The notes under the pieces are model-generated. The model ran no database searches. It had not been told where the DNA came from and saw nothing but the letters and a program-made list of their open reading frames with translations. Below are positions 11,011-20,938 of a stretch of 64,000 nucleotides of DNA, in pieces; position 1 is the stretch's first letter; each line of letters starts with the position of its first letter. Origin of the DNA: Tubiluchus corallicola (taxonomy: Eukaryota; Animalia; Priapulida). A program made the translations under genes and the position numbers. Location of the stretch: assembly GCA_030141605.1 (NCBI GenBank), contig JAQGDQ010000216.1, positions 162,641 to 226,640 of the forward strand, in the 5' to 3' direction.

Positions 11011-12135
11011 TTATAGGCGTATAAGCTTGGCTACTTTCAAAGCAATGTCGGTGAAAATTATTTTGGCATTTCCATTCATATAGATATCGCGATATGCCTG
11101 TTCAAAATTGTTAAAAAGGGCTAATACATTACGCTCATTGATGAATGGTGAAAATTTTTTGGAAAATAGGCGCTCCCGATTATCAAGATATACTAGGTCT
11201 GACTCTTTTAGGTTGAATAGGAAATTTTCCCGTAAGTACTTGCTACAATATTCAAGTAGGCTTTTCTGTCTTACTCTCCCAATAGAGGCAATTTCATCTC
11301 CCCATTTCACTAATCCCTCTATATCGCGAGAGTAGCCCATTCTCATCATAGATATAAATTTTTCATGGTTGTACTGCTTTGCTTCGTCTTTCCTCAATAT
11401 TTTCAAAGCGTATTGATAGTTCCCATGTGATAATTTTGCTACAGCTGAAGGATCATTACTACCTATTGCAGGGTGCGATGCGAGGGCAGCTTCAATTTCT
11501 GTATCGCTTATTCGTGGAACCATGACTTGCTGGCATCTTGAACGTATTGTTTTGATAACCTCTTCCTCTTTTTCGGATACCAATAAAAAAGCGGTGTTCT
11601 CAGAGGGCTCCTCGAGAGTTTTAAGTATTTTATTTGCACATCCCTGGTTCATAAATTCTGGCATCCAAATAATTACTACTTTAAATCTACCTTCAAATGC
11701 TTTTCTGCTCAATTTGTGGATAATATCTTTCCCCTCAAATACATAAATTACACCTTGCTTGTTATCATTGTCGATATATTTCATCCACTCTTCATATGAA
11801 GGGTAATTGTTTTCCAGAAAAAAGGAACGCCACTTGTCTATGTAATCGGTACTTTTTGGCTCTTTATATTTATCTGTTTTTATGACGGGATATATAAAGT
11901 GAAGGTCAGGATGGATCAATTTTTCATACTTCCGACATGAGCTACATTTACCACACGAATCATCTTCTTTTTTATCAAGACAGTTTATGTACTGTCCAAA
12001 AGCCAGTGATAGCGCAAGTTTACCGCTTCCTGTGGGGCCTGTCAGTATTTGTGCATGTGGAATTTTCTCCTCTTTGGCTTTTTTAATAAGCTGCCTTTTT
12101 ATATCATCTTGCCCTATTACCCTTTTAAACTGCAT
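11011..12135 (-). CDS. holB: DNA polymerase III subunit delta'
   Basis: GPTGSGKLALS, DSCGKCSSC zinc module, HPDLHFIYP, NKILKTLEEP and TIRSRCQ motifs. Confidence 0.92.
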   Translation of the reverse strand: MQFKRVIGQDDIKRQLIKKAKEEKIPHAQILTGPTGSGKLALSLAFGQYINCLDKKEDDSCGKCSSCRKYEKLIHPDLHFIYPVIKTDKYKEPKSTDYIDKWRSFFLENNYPSYEEWMKYIDNDNKQGVIYVFEGKDIIHKLSRKAFEGRFKVVIIWMPEFMNQGCANKILKTLEEPSENTAFLLVSEKEEEVIKTIRSRCQQVMVPRISDTEIEAALASHPAIGSNDPSAVAKLSHGNYQYALKILRKDEAKQYNHEKFISMMRMGYSRDIEGLVKWGDEIASIGRVRQKSLLEYCSKYLRENFLFNLKESDLVYLDNRERLFSKKFSPFINERNVLALFNNFEQAYRDIYMNGNAKIIFTDIALKVAKLIRL

Positions 12136-12632
12136 ATATTTTGGTAATATTCTTATTATTTCAGGTATTCTTCAATATCTTTAAAAATTACTATGTCTGT
12201 TTTTAAGTCCGAGAAATAATGAGATTATGTTGCTTTACCTGCTAAGTTTTTACAGAGCTTGTAAAGATTGTCTCATTTGACCGGATAGATTCACACCGGA
12301 TTTTATCCAAGTGAATATAGAGTTGCGCAAATTACGGCCCAAGTTAACACTTTGCCAGGACTTTTTTGAAAATTATGAGGCCCTTGTAAAATTTATCTTT
12401 TTATTAATCATTTTGTGCTAAGTGGAGTAAGGCAGCAGAAAAAAGAGGGGTGATTTTTTTGATTATTTTGGGTAATTGGCATCTAAATGTGCAGTTTTAT
12501 ATAATTTTAATACTCCAAAGCGGTGTTTATTTGATTAATTTCACGAATAACACCCAGATAGTTGAAAAAGCTGTTGGCAGGATCTTTCACAACTTCCCCG
12601 CAGCATAAATAGAGTGAGCATAAACAGATAGG

Positions 12633-13373
12633 ATGACCATTGACAAAACTAATATTAGCATCTTCAATAACAGTGTTCGCATAGCTCTTTTTGCTTTCAT
12701 TATCTCCCTTTTTACCTTGACATCTTTTTCGCAAGATACACGTTATCGCTTTTCGTACCTTAACAATTTTAATCTGGATTCTAATTGGCGTATTACCTCA
12801 TCTGTCGACCTCTTTACGTCAACAATGTTAGGGAACTGGACAAAGGTAGAGCTACGCTCAGACGGGCACTATACACTGAGTCGTGATGTGGAGCTTCATG
12901 CGGCACTCAGGACAAATTACACATGGGCCGGAAGTTCTGGTAATCAGCTTGAGGTTAGGCCATATCAGGGAATTACCGTTACATGGCCAAGGATAGAGTG
13001 CATAGGTGTAAAAAATAGAGTTATAGCAGAGGAACGTTTTATTTGGAACCCTGATGACGATGATCACTGGAGTACAAGTGTCAGGCTAAGATATCGTATA
13101 AGCAGTAAAATACCGCTCGCTAATTTTTCTGGTACTGGTGGTGATTTATATTTGAGGCCAAGGCTGGAGCTTTTTGTCAACATGAAAGATCCTGAAACGG
13201 GTAGTCGAATTGCCAACAGTTATACAATGGGTGCGGGATACATCTTTTCACAAAGTCGCTCTGTGGAGTTCAGGTATGAACTTTACACTGTGAGAGATGC
13301 TTTAACTCCTTCGGGGGTAGTAAATTTTCACACTTTTTGGCTGCTATTTTCTCGCACTATATTTAAGAGTTAG
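12633..13373 (+). CDS. DUF2490-like outer-membrane beta-barrel protein
   Basis: Signal peptide, alternating beta-strand pattern, EVRPYQG, NRVIAEERF and RLRYR motifs. Confidence 0.7.
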   Translation: MTIDKTNISIFNNSVRIALFAFIISLFTLTSFSQDTRYRFSYLNNFNLDSNWRITSSVDLFTSTMLGNWTKVELRSDGHYTLSRDVELHAALRTNYTWAGSSGNQLEVRPYQGITVTWPRIECIGVKNRVIAEERFIWNPDDDDHWSTSVRLRYRISSKIPLANFSGTGGDLYLRPRLELFVNMKDPETGSRIANSYTMGAGYIFSQSRSVEFRYELYTVRDALTPSGVVNFHTFWLLFSRTIFKS

Positions 13374-13495
13374 AATTGATCTGCCAAAGACTTTTAGTAT
13401 TGTGGTTGTAAAAGCGTACACCTTGCAAATACTTCACTGTTCAAGTGTATGGGGTCAGTGAAGGCTTATGGGTGAAGGCAAAAAGAACTATTTTT

Positions 13496-13503
13496 TATCT
13501 TTG
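13496..13503 (+). promoter_or_regulatory. Bacteroidota sigma-A -7 box upstream of rlmD
   Basis: TATCTTTG matches TAnnTTTG. It lies inside the 13468 ORF extension, which supports the TTG start at 13531. Confidence 0.6.
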
Positions 13504-13530
13504 CGGAAAGCATTAAAAAAGGAGTCTATT

Positions 13531-14940
13531 TTGGCAAGAAAGAAAAAGCAACTACCTTTTTATGAAAGGGCTGTAATATCTGATGTGGGGGCTGAGGGGA
13601 AGGCAATTTCAAAGGTGGATGGTGTAACTGTTTTTACTACGCATGTGGTGCCAGGCGATGTTGTTGATTTGCAGGTTGTGAAAAAGAGGAAGAGGTATCA
13701 GGAGGCTAGGGTTGTGAAAATTCATGAGTTTTCGGCTGATAGGGAAGAGGCTTTTTGCGAGCATTTTGGAGTGTGTGGAGGGTGCAAGTGGCAGTACCTT
13801 AGATATGATAATCAGTTATATTATAAACAAAAGCAGGTGTCCAATCAGTTGTTGAGAATTGGTAAGATTGATATTCCGGAATTAATGCCAATAATAGGTT
13901 CTAAAGACAGGATTTTTTATCGAAATAAACTGGAGTTTTCTTTTTCCAATAAACGTTGGCTTACTTTTGAAGAGATTGAGTCGGGGCAAGATTATGGTAA
14001 TATGAATTCGCTTGGGTTCCACGTTCCTGGTAGGTTTGACAAGATAATAGATATTAAAAAGTGCTGGTTGCAGCCGGATCCATCTAACGAAATAAGAAAC
14101 ACGATCAGGGAGTTTACCTTGCAAAACGGGTTGGATTTTTTTGATTTTAGGATGCAGGAGGGATTCCTTCGTAATGTGATAATCCGTACAACGTTAACAG
14201 GAGAGGTAATGGTTATCCTCTCATTTTTTGAAGAGCAAAAGGATAATCGTGAAGCATTGCTTAACCATTTGTCTCAAAGATTTCCTGAAATAACATCGTT
14301 GCAGTATGTGATAAATTATAAAGCAAATGATACAATAGCCGATCTTGAAACGGTTGTGTATAAAGGCGCAAGCTATATTACCGAAGAGATAGAAGGGTTG
14401 AAATTCAGGATTGGCCCTAAGTCTTTTTTTCAGACAAATACAACACAGACCATTAATCTTTACAGGCTTATACGTGATTTTGCGGAGTTGACAGGGGAAG
14501 AGGTGGTTTATGACCTGTACACGGGAACGGGAACGATAGCGAACTTTGTGGCAGGTCGGGCAAGAAGAGTGGTTGGAATAGAGTATGTGCCTGATGCTGT
14601 TGAGGATGCTAAAATTAACTCTGCCAATAATGGTATTAGTAATACTACTTTCTATGCAGGAGATATGAAAGATATTTTATCTGACGATTTTATTGCCGGC
14701 CACGGGCATCCGGATGTGATAATTACTGATCCTCCACGCGCAGGTATGCATAGTAATGTGATAAAGGCCATAGTGAAAGCGGCTCCGCAACGAGTTGTAT
14801 ACATTAGCTGTAATCCGGCCACTCAGGCGCGTGACCTTGGTTTGATGAACGAACAGTACAGAGTTGATCGTGTGCAACCTGTAGATATGTTCCCCCACAC
14901 ACATCATGTAGAGAATGTGGTGCTACTTACAAAAAGATAG
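13531..14940 (+). CDS. rlmD: 23S rRNA (uracil-1939-C5)-methyltransferase
   Basis: TRAM domain, CEHFGVCGGC Fe-S motif, SFFQTN, DLYTGTG, DPPRAG, YISCNPATQARD and DMFPHTHHVE. Start moved from 13468 to TTG 13531. Confidence 0.93.
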   Translation: MARKKKQLPFYERAVISDVGAEGKAISKVDGVTVFTTHVVPGDVVDLQVVKKRKRYQEARVVKIHEFSADREEAFCEHFGVCGGCKWQYLRYDNQLYYKQKQVSNQLLRIGKIDIPELMPIIGSKDRIFYRNKLEFSFSNKRWLTFEEIESGQDYGNMNSLGFHVPGRFDKIIDIKKCWLQPDPSNEIRNTIREFTLQNGLDFFDFRMQEGFLRNVIIRTTLTGEVMVILSFFEEQKDNREALLNHLSQRFPEITSLQYVINYKANDTIADLETVVYKGASYITEEIEGLKFRIGPKSFFQTNTTQTINLYRLIRDFAELTGEEVVYDLYTGTGTIANFVAGRARRVVGIEYVPDAVEDAKINSANNGISNTTFYAGDMKDILSDDFIAGHGHPDVIITDPPRAGMHSNVIKAIVKAAPQRVVYISCNPATQARDLGLMNEQYRVDRVQPVDMFPHTHHVENVVLLTKR

Positions 14941-15110
14941 TTTTTTAAGGTAGTTAGTTACATTTACAATTTAGCGTACAAAAAATACTGATACATATTT
15001 CTAATATCAATATTTTTGAATAATTTTAACAAAAATGTCGCTCTTACTACTGAGTGGCGTAGTTTGTTAGTTGTTAGTGGTAAAAAAATAGATTATATAG
15101 CGTAAGTACT

Positions 15111-16031
15111 ATGGACAAAGTATTAGTTGCAACGGAAAAACCGTTTACAGCAAGTGTAGTTGAGAAGATCAGAATAATTTTTGAGAATGCGGGTTTTGAA
15201 TTGGTGCTTTTAGAAAAATATTCAGACAGTATGGCGCTTATTGACGCAGTGAAGGATGTTGTGGCTCTGATTGTACGAAGCGATAAGTGTAACAGGAGTG
15301 TACTGGAAGCTGCTTCCAGATTGAAAGTTGTGGTAAGGGCAGGTTCCGGATACGATAACGTTGATTTGCAGGCTGCGACAGAGATGGGGATATCTGTTAT
15401 GAATACTCCCGGACAAAACTCCAATGCGGTTGCTGAACTGACAATGGGCATGTTGCTTTATTTTGCTCGTAGCCGTTTTGGTGGAAGTGCGGGGTTTGAG
15501 TTGAGAGGTAAGAGTCTCGGGATACATGGGTATGGAAACATCGGAAAAAACATTGCCCGCATAGCGAAAGGGTTTGATATGACGGTAACGGGGTTTAGCC
15601 GTTCTCTAACTCATGAAAAGGCTGCTAAAGATGGAATAGCCTCCGCTGTTGATTTAAGCGAGCTATATAAAAAAAATAGCGTTATATCGTTAAGCCTTCC
15701 CCGAAATGAAAAAACGGAAAATAGTGTTGACTATGAGTTAATGTCTTCAATGCCACCCAATTCAGTGCTTGTAAATAATGCCAGAAAAGAGATTGTTGAT
15801 GAGAGCGCACTGAGAAAGGTGCTGAGTGAGAGAGACGATTTTGCATACCTGGCAGATGCAGCTTCTTCCAATCGCGATGAGTTGGAGTCTCTTTTCCCTG
15901 AAAGAGTACTGTTTACACCGAAGAAGATAGGAGCACAGACAGCAGAGGCTAATGAGAATGCTGGTAGAGCAGCGGCGGAGCAGGTTATTAATTACCTGCT
16001 GAAGGGGGATGTTACATTTCAGGTAAATTAA
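15111..16031 (+). CDS. serA: D-3-phosphoglycerate dehydrogenase-like 2-hydroxyacid dehydrogenase (short, Lys-type active site)
   Basis: RAGSGYDNVD, NTPGQNSNAVAE, GIHGYGNIG and TPKKIGAQT motifs; adjacent to DUF1015. Confidence 0.78.
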   Translation: MDKVLVATEKPFTASVVEKIRIIFENAGFELVLLEKYSDSMALIDAVKDVVALIVRSDKCNRSVLEAASRLKVVVRAGSGYDNVDLQAATEMGISVMNTPGQNSNAVAELTMGMLLYFARSRFGGSAGFELRGKSLGIHGYGNIGKNIARIAKGFDMTVTGFSRSLTHEKAAKDGIASAVDLSELYKKNSVISLSLPRNEKTENSVDYELMSSMPPNSVLVNNARKEIVDESALRKVLSERDDFAYLADAASSNRDELESLFPERVLFTPKKIGAQTAEANENAGRAAAEQVINYLLKGDVTFQVN

Positions 16032-16167
16032 AGGCCTGTATGCTTGTAAGGTAGTTGTATATTTATGGGTAGAACTTAACTTTATATTATTTTGATAATT
16101 GTACATGCTTTTAAAGGAGCTGTAATTTTTTACACATATAATCATATAAAAATATATTTATAGCGCT

Positions 16168-17418
16168 ATGGTAGTATTGAAACCATTCAAGGGAGTTCGC
16201 CCCACAGATGGGCTAGTCCAGAAAGTAGCTTCACCTCCCTATGATGTCTTAAGTTCGGAAGAGGCGCGGGAGAAAGTTAAAGGGAATCCTTACTCTCTCT
16301 TACGTATTATCAAGCCAGAGGTAGATTTTCCATCTGGCACTGATGAGCACTCAAAACAGGTTTATGAGAAGGCTGTTGAAAACTACAGGATGTTTAAAGA
16401 TAATGGGTGGATTGTCAAAGAGGAGAGAGAGTGTTTTTACATCTATGCGCAAACGATGGATGGGAGAACGCAGTATGGTATTGTAGGTTGCGCAGGCGTG
16501 GACGATTATCTTAATGACAGGATTAAAAAACATGAATTGACGCGGAATGATAAAGAGGCGGATAGGATGAAACATGTTCGCAATACGAATGCTAATATAG
16601 AACCTGTTTTTTTATCCTACTCGGCGGTGAAGGAGCTGGATGAGCTAGTAAGCAGTGTGGTTTCAGGTAATAAGCCTGTTTACGATTTTGTAGCTGATGA
16701 TGGCTTTGGACATAAGTTTTGGGTGGTTGATGATGATACTATGATAGGGGAGATATCGAAGTTATTTAATAAAATACCACACATATATGTTGCCGATGGT
16801 CATCATCGAACTGCAGCCGCCGCATTGGTTGGGGAAGAGAGAAGAAGTGGCAATGACAGACATACCGGAGATGAACGGTATAATTTTTTCCTTGCGGTGC
16901 TTTTCCCCGATAATCAGTTACAGATCATAGATTATAATAGGGTGGTCAAGGATCTTAATGGAATGTCAGAGCAGGCATTTTTGACTAAGCTTAAAGAGAA
17001 CTTCCTGATAGAAAAAACGAGTAAGGAAGCATGTAAACCGGATAGTTTACATACGTTTGGAATGTATCTGGGGGGTAACTGGTATAAGCTTGTTGTAAAA
17101 AGTGGAAGATATAACGATGATGATCCTATAGGCTCACTTGATGTAACAATTCTTTCTAATCTTATTTTAGATAAGCTTCTGGGAATTAGAAATCTTCGTA
17201 CGGATAAAAGAGTTGATTTTATTGGTGGTATTCGCGGCTTGGGTGAGCTGGAGAGGAGGGTAGACTCCGGAGATATGAAGGTTGCATTTGCTCTATACCC
17301 TACTTCGATGAAACAGCTTACCGATATTGCTGATTCTGGTAGTATTATGCCTCCAAAGACAACATGGTTTGAGCCTAAGTTGCGCTCAGGGCTGATTATA
17401 CACGAGCTGTCTGATTAA
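16168..17418 (+). CDS. DUF1015 family protein
   Basis: ASPPYDV, IKKHELTR, YVADGHHR and MPPKTTWFEPKLRSGL motifs. Confidence 0.9.
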   Translation: MVVLKPFKGVRPTDGLVQKVASPPYDVLSSEEAREKVKGNPYSLLRIIKPEVDFPSGTDEHSKQVYEKAVENYRMFKDNGWIVKEERECFYIYAQTMDGRTQYGIVGCAGVDDYLNDRIKKHELTRNDKEADRMKHVRNTNANIEPVFLSYSAVKELDELVSSVVSGNKPVYDFVADDGFGHKFWVVDDDTMIGEISKLFNKIPHIYVADGHHRTAAAALVGEERRSGNDRHTGDERYNFFLAVLFPDNQLQIIDYNRVVKDLNGMSEQAFLTKLKENFLIEKTSKEACKPDSLHTFGMYLGGNWYKLVVKSGRYNDDDPIGSLDVTILSNLILDKLLGIRNLRTDKRVDFIGGIRGLGELERRVDSGDMKVAFALYPTSMKQLTDIADSGSIMPPKTTWFEPKLRSGLIIHELSD

Positions 17419-17483
17419 TGAAGTTTTGAGTAAGCTGGATTTTGCTTATGTCCGTGCTGCTATTATTGAGCCCACCTCTTTTT

Positions 17484-18143
17484 TTAGTTAACCTTAAACA
17501 GGTATGCTAATGTTACTTTTGCTATTTGGCTTCGTGAGGCGCTATAGCGGTATACACTATCATCGAATGTGTTGGGTAGGCTAATGGAACCACGCATTTC
17601 AAAAACGATAATACTATTATTTTTGAGATGTGCTTCAGCACCAAGTCCTGCTGTAAATTGAATATCGGTTTTTGCATCAACAGGCTCTCCGTAATACTCT
17701 TTTACCCACTCTTCATCGGGAGTTTCTGTAGTGTATGTAAAGGTTTCATTTTCAGATAGCAGAAATGAGATAGAGGGGCCAATATTGAAGAAGCATTGAA
17801 AAGTTTTTTTCCCAAGAAAGCTTATGTAGGTCATCATGGGCAGTTCCAAATAATTAAGTATTCTGGAGTAAGCAACATCAGGTGCTTCAAAACTTTCTTT
17901 CCAGCCTCGTCGTTCGTAATTTGCCTCTATCTGAATACCTATACGTGGTTCTGAAATCATTCTAAAAACAGCCCCTCCTCCGTAGCCTATGTAAGTAGAT
18001 TGATCTACGTTGGGGTAAAAGCGCATTTTTGAGAACATGCTGATCCCTTTTGCGCCGATATAAATATTTTTTTCAAACCCATCCTGAGCAAGAGCAGTGC
18101 TTGCTATTGTTACGAGGATAAGAAAAAGCTTAATCTTTCTCAT
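17484..18143 (-). CDS. Outer-membrane beta-barrel (porin/PorT-like) protein
   Basis: Signal peptide from ATG 18143 (MRKIKLFLILVTIASTALAQ), IQIEANYERRGW, LNYLELP, FNIGPSISFLL and a C-terminal aromatic strand. Confidence 0.75.
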   Translation of the reverse strand: MRKIKLFLILVTIASTALAQDGFEKNIYIGAKGISMFSKMRFYPNVDQSTYIGYGGGAVFRMISEPRIGIQIEANYERRGWKESFEAPDVAYSRILNYLELPMMTYISFLGKKTFQCFFNIGPSISFLLSENETFTYTTETPDEEWVKEYYGEPVDAKTDIQFTAGLGAEAHLKNNSIIVFEMRGSISLPNTFDDSVYRYSASRSQIAKVTLAYLFKVN

Positions 18144-18445
18144 TTTATTTTGAGATATAAATTTAAACCCATTGGTTGACATGAGTGAAAAGTAATTTTT
18201 TTGCTGTGCAGCAAAGTTACCAAAAAAATGAGATGAGCACTGTGCTGGCAGGTTGAGACTTTTATAAGATTTACTTTTCTATTACCTTCTTCATATACCT
18301 ATAAACTTAATTTTAATTGTCAAATGTGATTTGCCATAAGTAGCTTTTCTTCGGCAAAGGTCTTAAATAATAGTAATTTGCCAGGGGTTTAAGCAAAAAA
18401 AAGACTATCATCGGCCTTTTTCTTTAAATTTGAGCAAATTTTTAT

Positions 18446-19114
18446 ATGACTATTGCCAATAATATAGCGAGAGTGTTGCGTTCTGTTCCAAGGCGAATAA
18501 CTTTGGTGGCAGTTTCAAAGAGGCAGCCCGTTGCTTCTATTCTTCAGGCTTATGAAGCTGGGCACAGGATTTTTGGGGAGAACAAAGTTCAGGAGCTGGT
18601 GAGTAAGCGAGAGGGGTTGCCTGATGATATCTCGTGGCATTTTGTAGGGCACTTACAGTCGAACAAGGTAAAGTATATTGCTCCATTTATTAGTCTTATT
18701 CACTCAGTAGACAGCCTTAAGTTACTGAAGGTGATAAATAGAGAGGGTAAGAAAAATGGGAGGCAGATACCTTGTTTGCTACAGTTTCATGTAGCTGAGG
18801 AAGAGAATAAGTTTGGGATGTCTATCAAGGAAGCTGAGGATATGTTATCTTCTTGCGAGTATAAAAGGATGCAAAATGTATTGATTGCTGGTGTGATGGG
18901 GATGTCTACACATACGGATAAGCTGGAGCAGATACAGCATGAGTTTGCAGTTTTGAAAGGCTATTATGACTACCTGAAAGCAATTTTTTTTGCAAACGAT
19001 AATGTTTTTGCAGAGGTGTCGATGGGTATGTCGGGAGACTATTCTGTTGCACTTGAAGAGGGTAGCACCATGATACGACTTGGAAGTGTAATTTTTGGGA
19101 GCAGGAGTTACTAG
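18446..19114 (+). CDS. yggS: YggS/PROSC PLP homeostasis protein
   Basis: LVAVSK, FGENKVQE, WHFVGHLQSNK, SMGMSGDY and GSTMIRLGS motifs. Confidence 0.93.
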   Translation: MTIANNIARVLRSVPRRITLVAVSKRQPVASILQAYEAGHRIFGENKVQELVSKREGLPDDISWHFVGHLQSNKVKYIAPFISLIHSVDSLKLLKVINREGKKNGRQIPCLLQFHVAEEENKFGMSIKEAEDMLSSCEYKRMQNVLIAGVMGMSTHTDKLEQIQHEFAVLKGYYDYLKAIFFANDNVFAEVSMGMSGDYSVALEEGSTMIRLGSVIFGSRSY

Positions 19115-19348
19115 CGGTACTATTTTAAAGCCGAATGAGATGGATTCTGTTGGTTAATATGCGTATATTAAGAGCTATAATTAAGGCCCAGGTTGGGGCG
19201 GGGAGAGTTTAGGTAAAAAGTTGTAGCTTGCTGGTGCAAGTGAGGGCTTTGAAGGGGAGTTTTGGCGAAAAATATTAACAAATGGAGCTTCAAACCCTGT
19301 TTTTAATAACAAGTAGAGGTTTCAGGTTTTAAAAGCTAAAAGATACTT

Positions 19349-20617
19349 ATGTTTATTTTATACCATTTTTTAAAAGAGCTATTATTAGGTATTGGGTTTT
19401 CTGATAAACTGGCAGTATGGAGTTCTACACTGTTAACACTACTTGCCATAATGTTATTGTCAATTGTTGCCAACCTGATAGTTAAAAGTGTGATAAAGAA
19501 GATTTTTAGGCCCATTGCTGAACGCACCCGTACAGAATGGGATCGTATTCTATTTAAGAATAATACTTTTAATGGTTTAGCGCATTTTGTGCCGGCAATG
19601 ATTATCTATTCTGCTGCTGGGTTTGCAGCTAGTGATGTTCCCCAACTTCCTAGTATTCTGAAGAAGGTGGCGTATGTGTATGCAACATTGATAATAGTGA
19701 GTACAGCAGTAAGGCTTCTTAGCTCCATTCACGAAATTTACAAAACCTATTCATTTTCAAAGGATCGTCCTGTAAAGGGTTATGTCCAGTCTTTAAAGAT
19801 CATTGTTTATTTTGTGGGGGGAGTTTTTATTATATCGGTATTGATTGATCAAAGCCCCAAGAGCCTTTTTACAGGACTGGGAGCAATAGCCGCTGTTTTG
19901 ATGCTGGTTTTTAAAGATCCGATATTGGGGTTCGTTGCAAGTGTTCAATTGGTTGCCAATAAGATGGTAAGAACAGGCGACTGGATAAGTATGCCTAAGT
20001 ATAATGCAGATGGTACTATAGAGGATATCTCGTTGACAACTGTTAAGGTTCAGAATTGGGACAAGACGGTAACGACCATACCCACTCATGCTCTTGTAAG
20101 TGAGTCTGTTACAAATTGGAAAGGTATGGAGGAGTCTGGTGGACGTAGAATAAAACGTTCTATATCAATAGATATGAGAAGTGTTAAGTTTTGTGATAGG
20201 GAAATGCTGGACAGGTTGTCAGAGTTCAGGCTTATACGAGATTGTATTATTAATACAGAAAGAGATATAGAGGAGTTTAATAAAAAGCATGGTTTGAGCG
20301 AGAATGATGTATTGCTGGGGAGAAAGCAGACAAACTTGGGTATTTTTAGAAAGTATCTGGAGGAGTACCTACATGCCCATCCAAAGATTCATGATAATAT
20401 GACCTTTCTTGTAAGGCATCTTCAGCCATCTGAGAAAGGTATACCTGTTGAAATATATGTGTTTAGCAATGATCAAGAGTGGGCAAATTACGAGTCTATC
20501 CAAGCTGATATTTTTGATCATCTGCTGGCTGTGTTGCCTCAGTTTGAGTTAAAGGTTTTTCAAAGTCCAACTGGTGATGATTTCAAAAATTTCGCTGTTA
20601 TCGAAAAGCAGCTCTGA
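19349..20617 (+). CDS. Small-conductance mechanosensitive channel (MscS/YbdG-like)
   Basis: TM helices plus LVFKDPILGFVAS, GDWISMP, VKVQNWDKT and NWKGMEESGGRRIKRS. Confidence 0.9.
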   Translation: MFILYHFLKELLLGIGFSDKLAVWSSTLLTLLAIMLLSIVANLIVKSVIKKIFRPIAERTRTEWDRILFKNNTFNGLAHFVPAMIIYSAAGFAASDVPQLPSILKKVAYVYATLIIVSTAVRLLSSIHEIYKTYSFSKDRPVKGYVQSLKIIVYFVGGVFIISVLIDQSPKSLFTGLGAIAAVLMLVFKDPILGFVASVQLVANKMVRTGDWISMPKYNADGTIEDISLTTVKVQNWDKTVTTIPTHALVSESVTNWKGMEESGGRRIKRSISIDMRSVKFCDREMLDRLSEFRLIRDCIINTERDIEEFNKKHGLSENDVLLGRKQTNLGIFRKYLEEYLHAHPKIHDNMTFLVRHLQPSEKGIPVEIYVFSNDQEWANYESIQADIFDHLLAVLPQFELKVFQSPTGDDFKNFAVIEKQL

Positions 20618-20938
20618 GGCGTCTAAGTTCAGATCGGATGGGTTCCTGACTTTTTGCAGCTTGGTATCAAGTTTTGTGCAAAAGTCCAGGGTGTTGGAGG
20701 AAAATATAAACTGATATCTTTGTAAGATTTATATTTTGTATTAGCGTTTTTGCAAGAGTGTTTTTTTAATCTTGATTCGAGAGAGGGCTGAAAATTTTCA
20801 TTGATTTTTTCATAGTGAATCAAGGTGTTTTTCACGTAGGAAAGATTTCATTAAGCGATATAGGTTTTATCCATGCTGAAGAGCTGGGAGCAGGTAGGTC
20901 GCAGGTTTATATAGTGTTTCCCTTTTGGGTTGTGTGGT

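Noticed and set aside
12288-12316. Hairpin ATTCAC..GGAT/ATCC..GTGAAT upstream of holB
   Set aside because: Isolated imperfect stem with no T-run or known motif; insufficient support for an ncRNA
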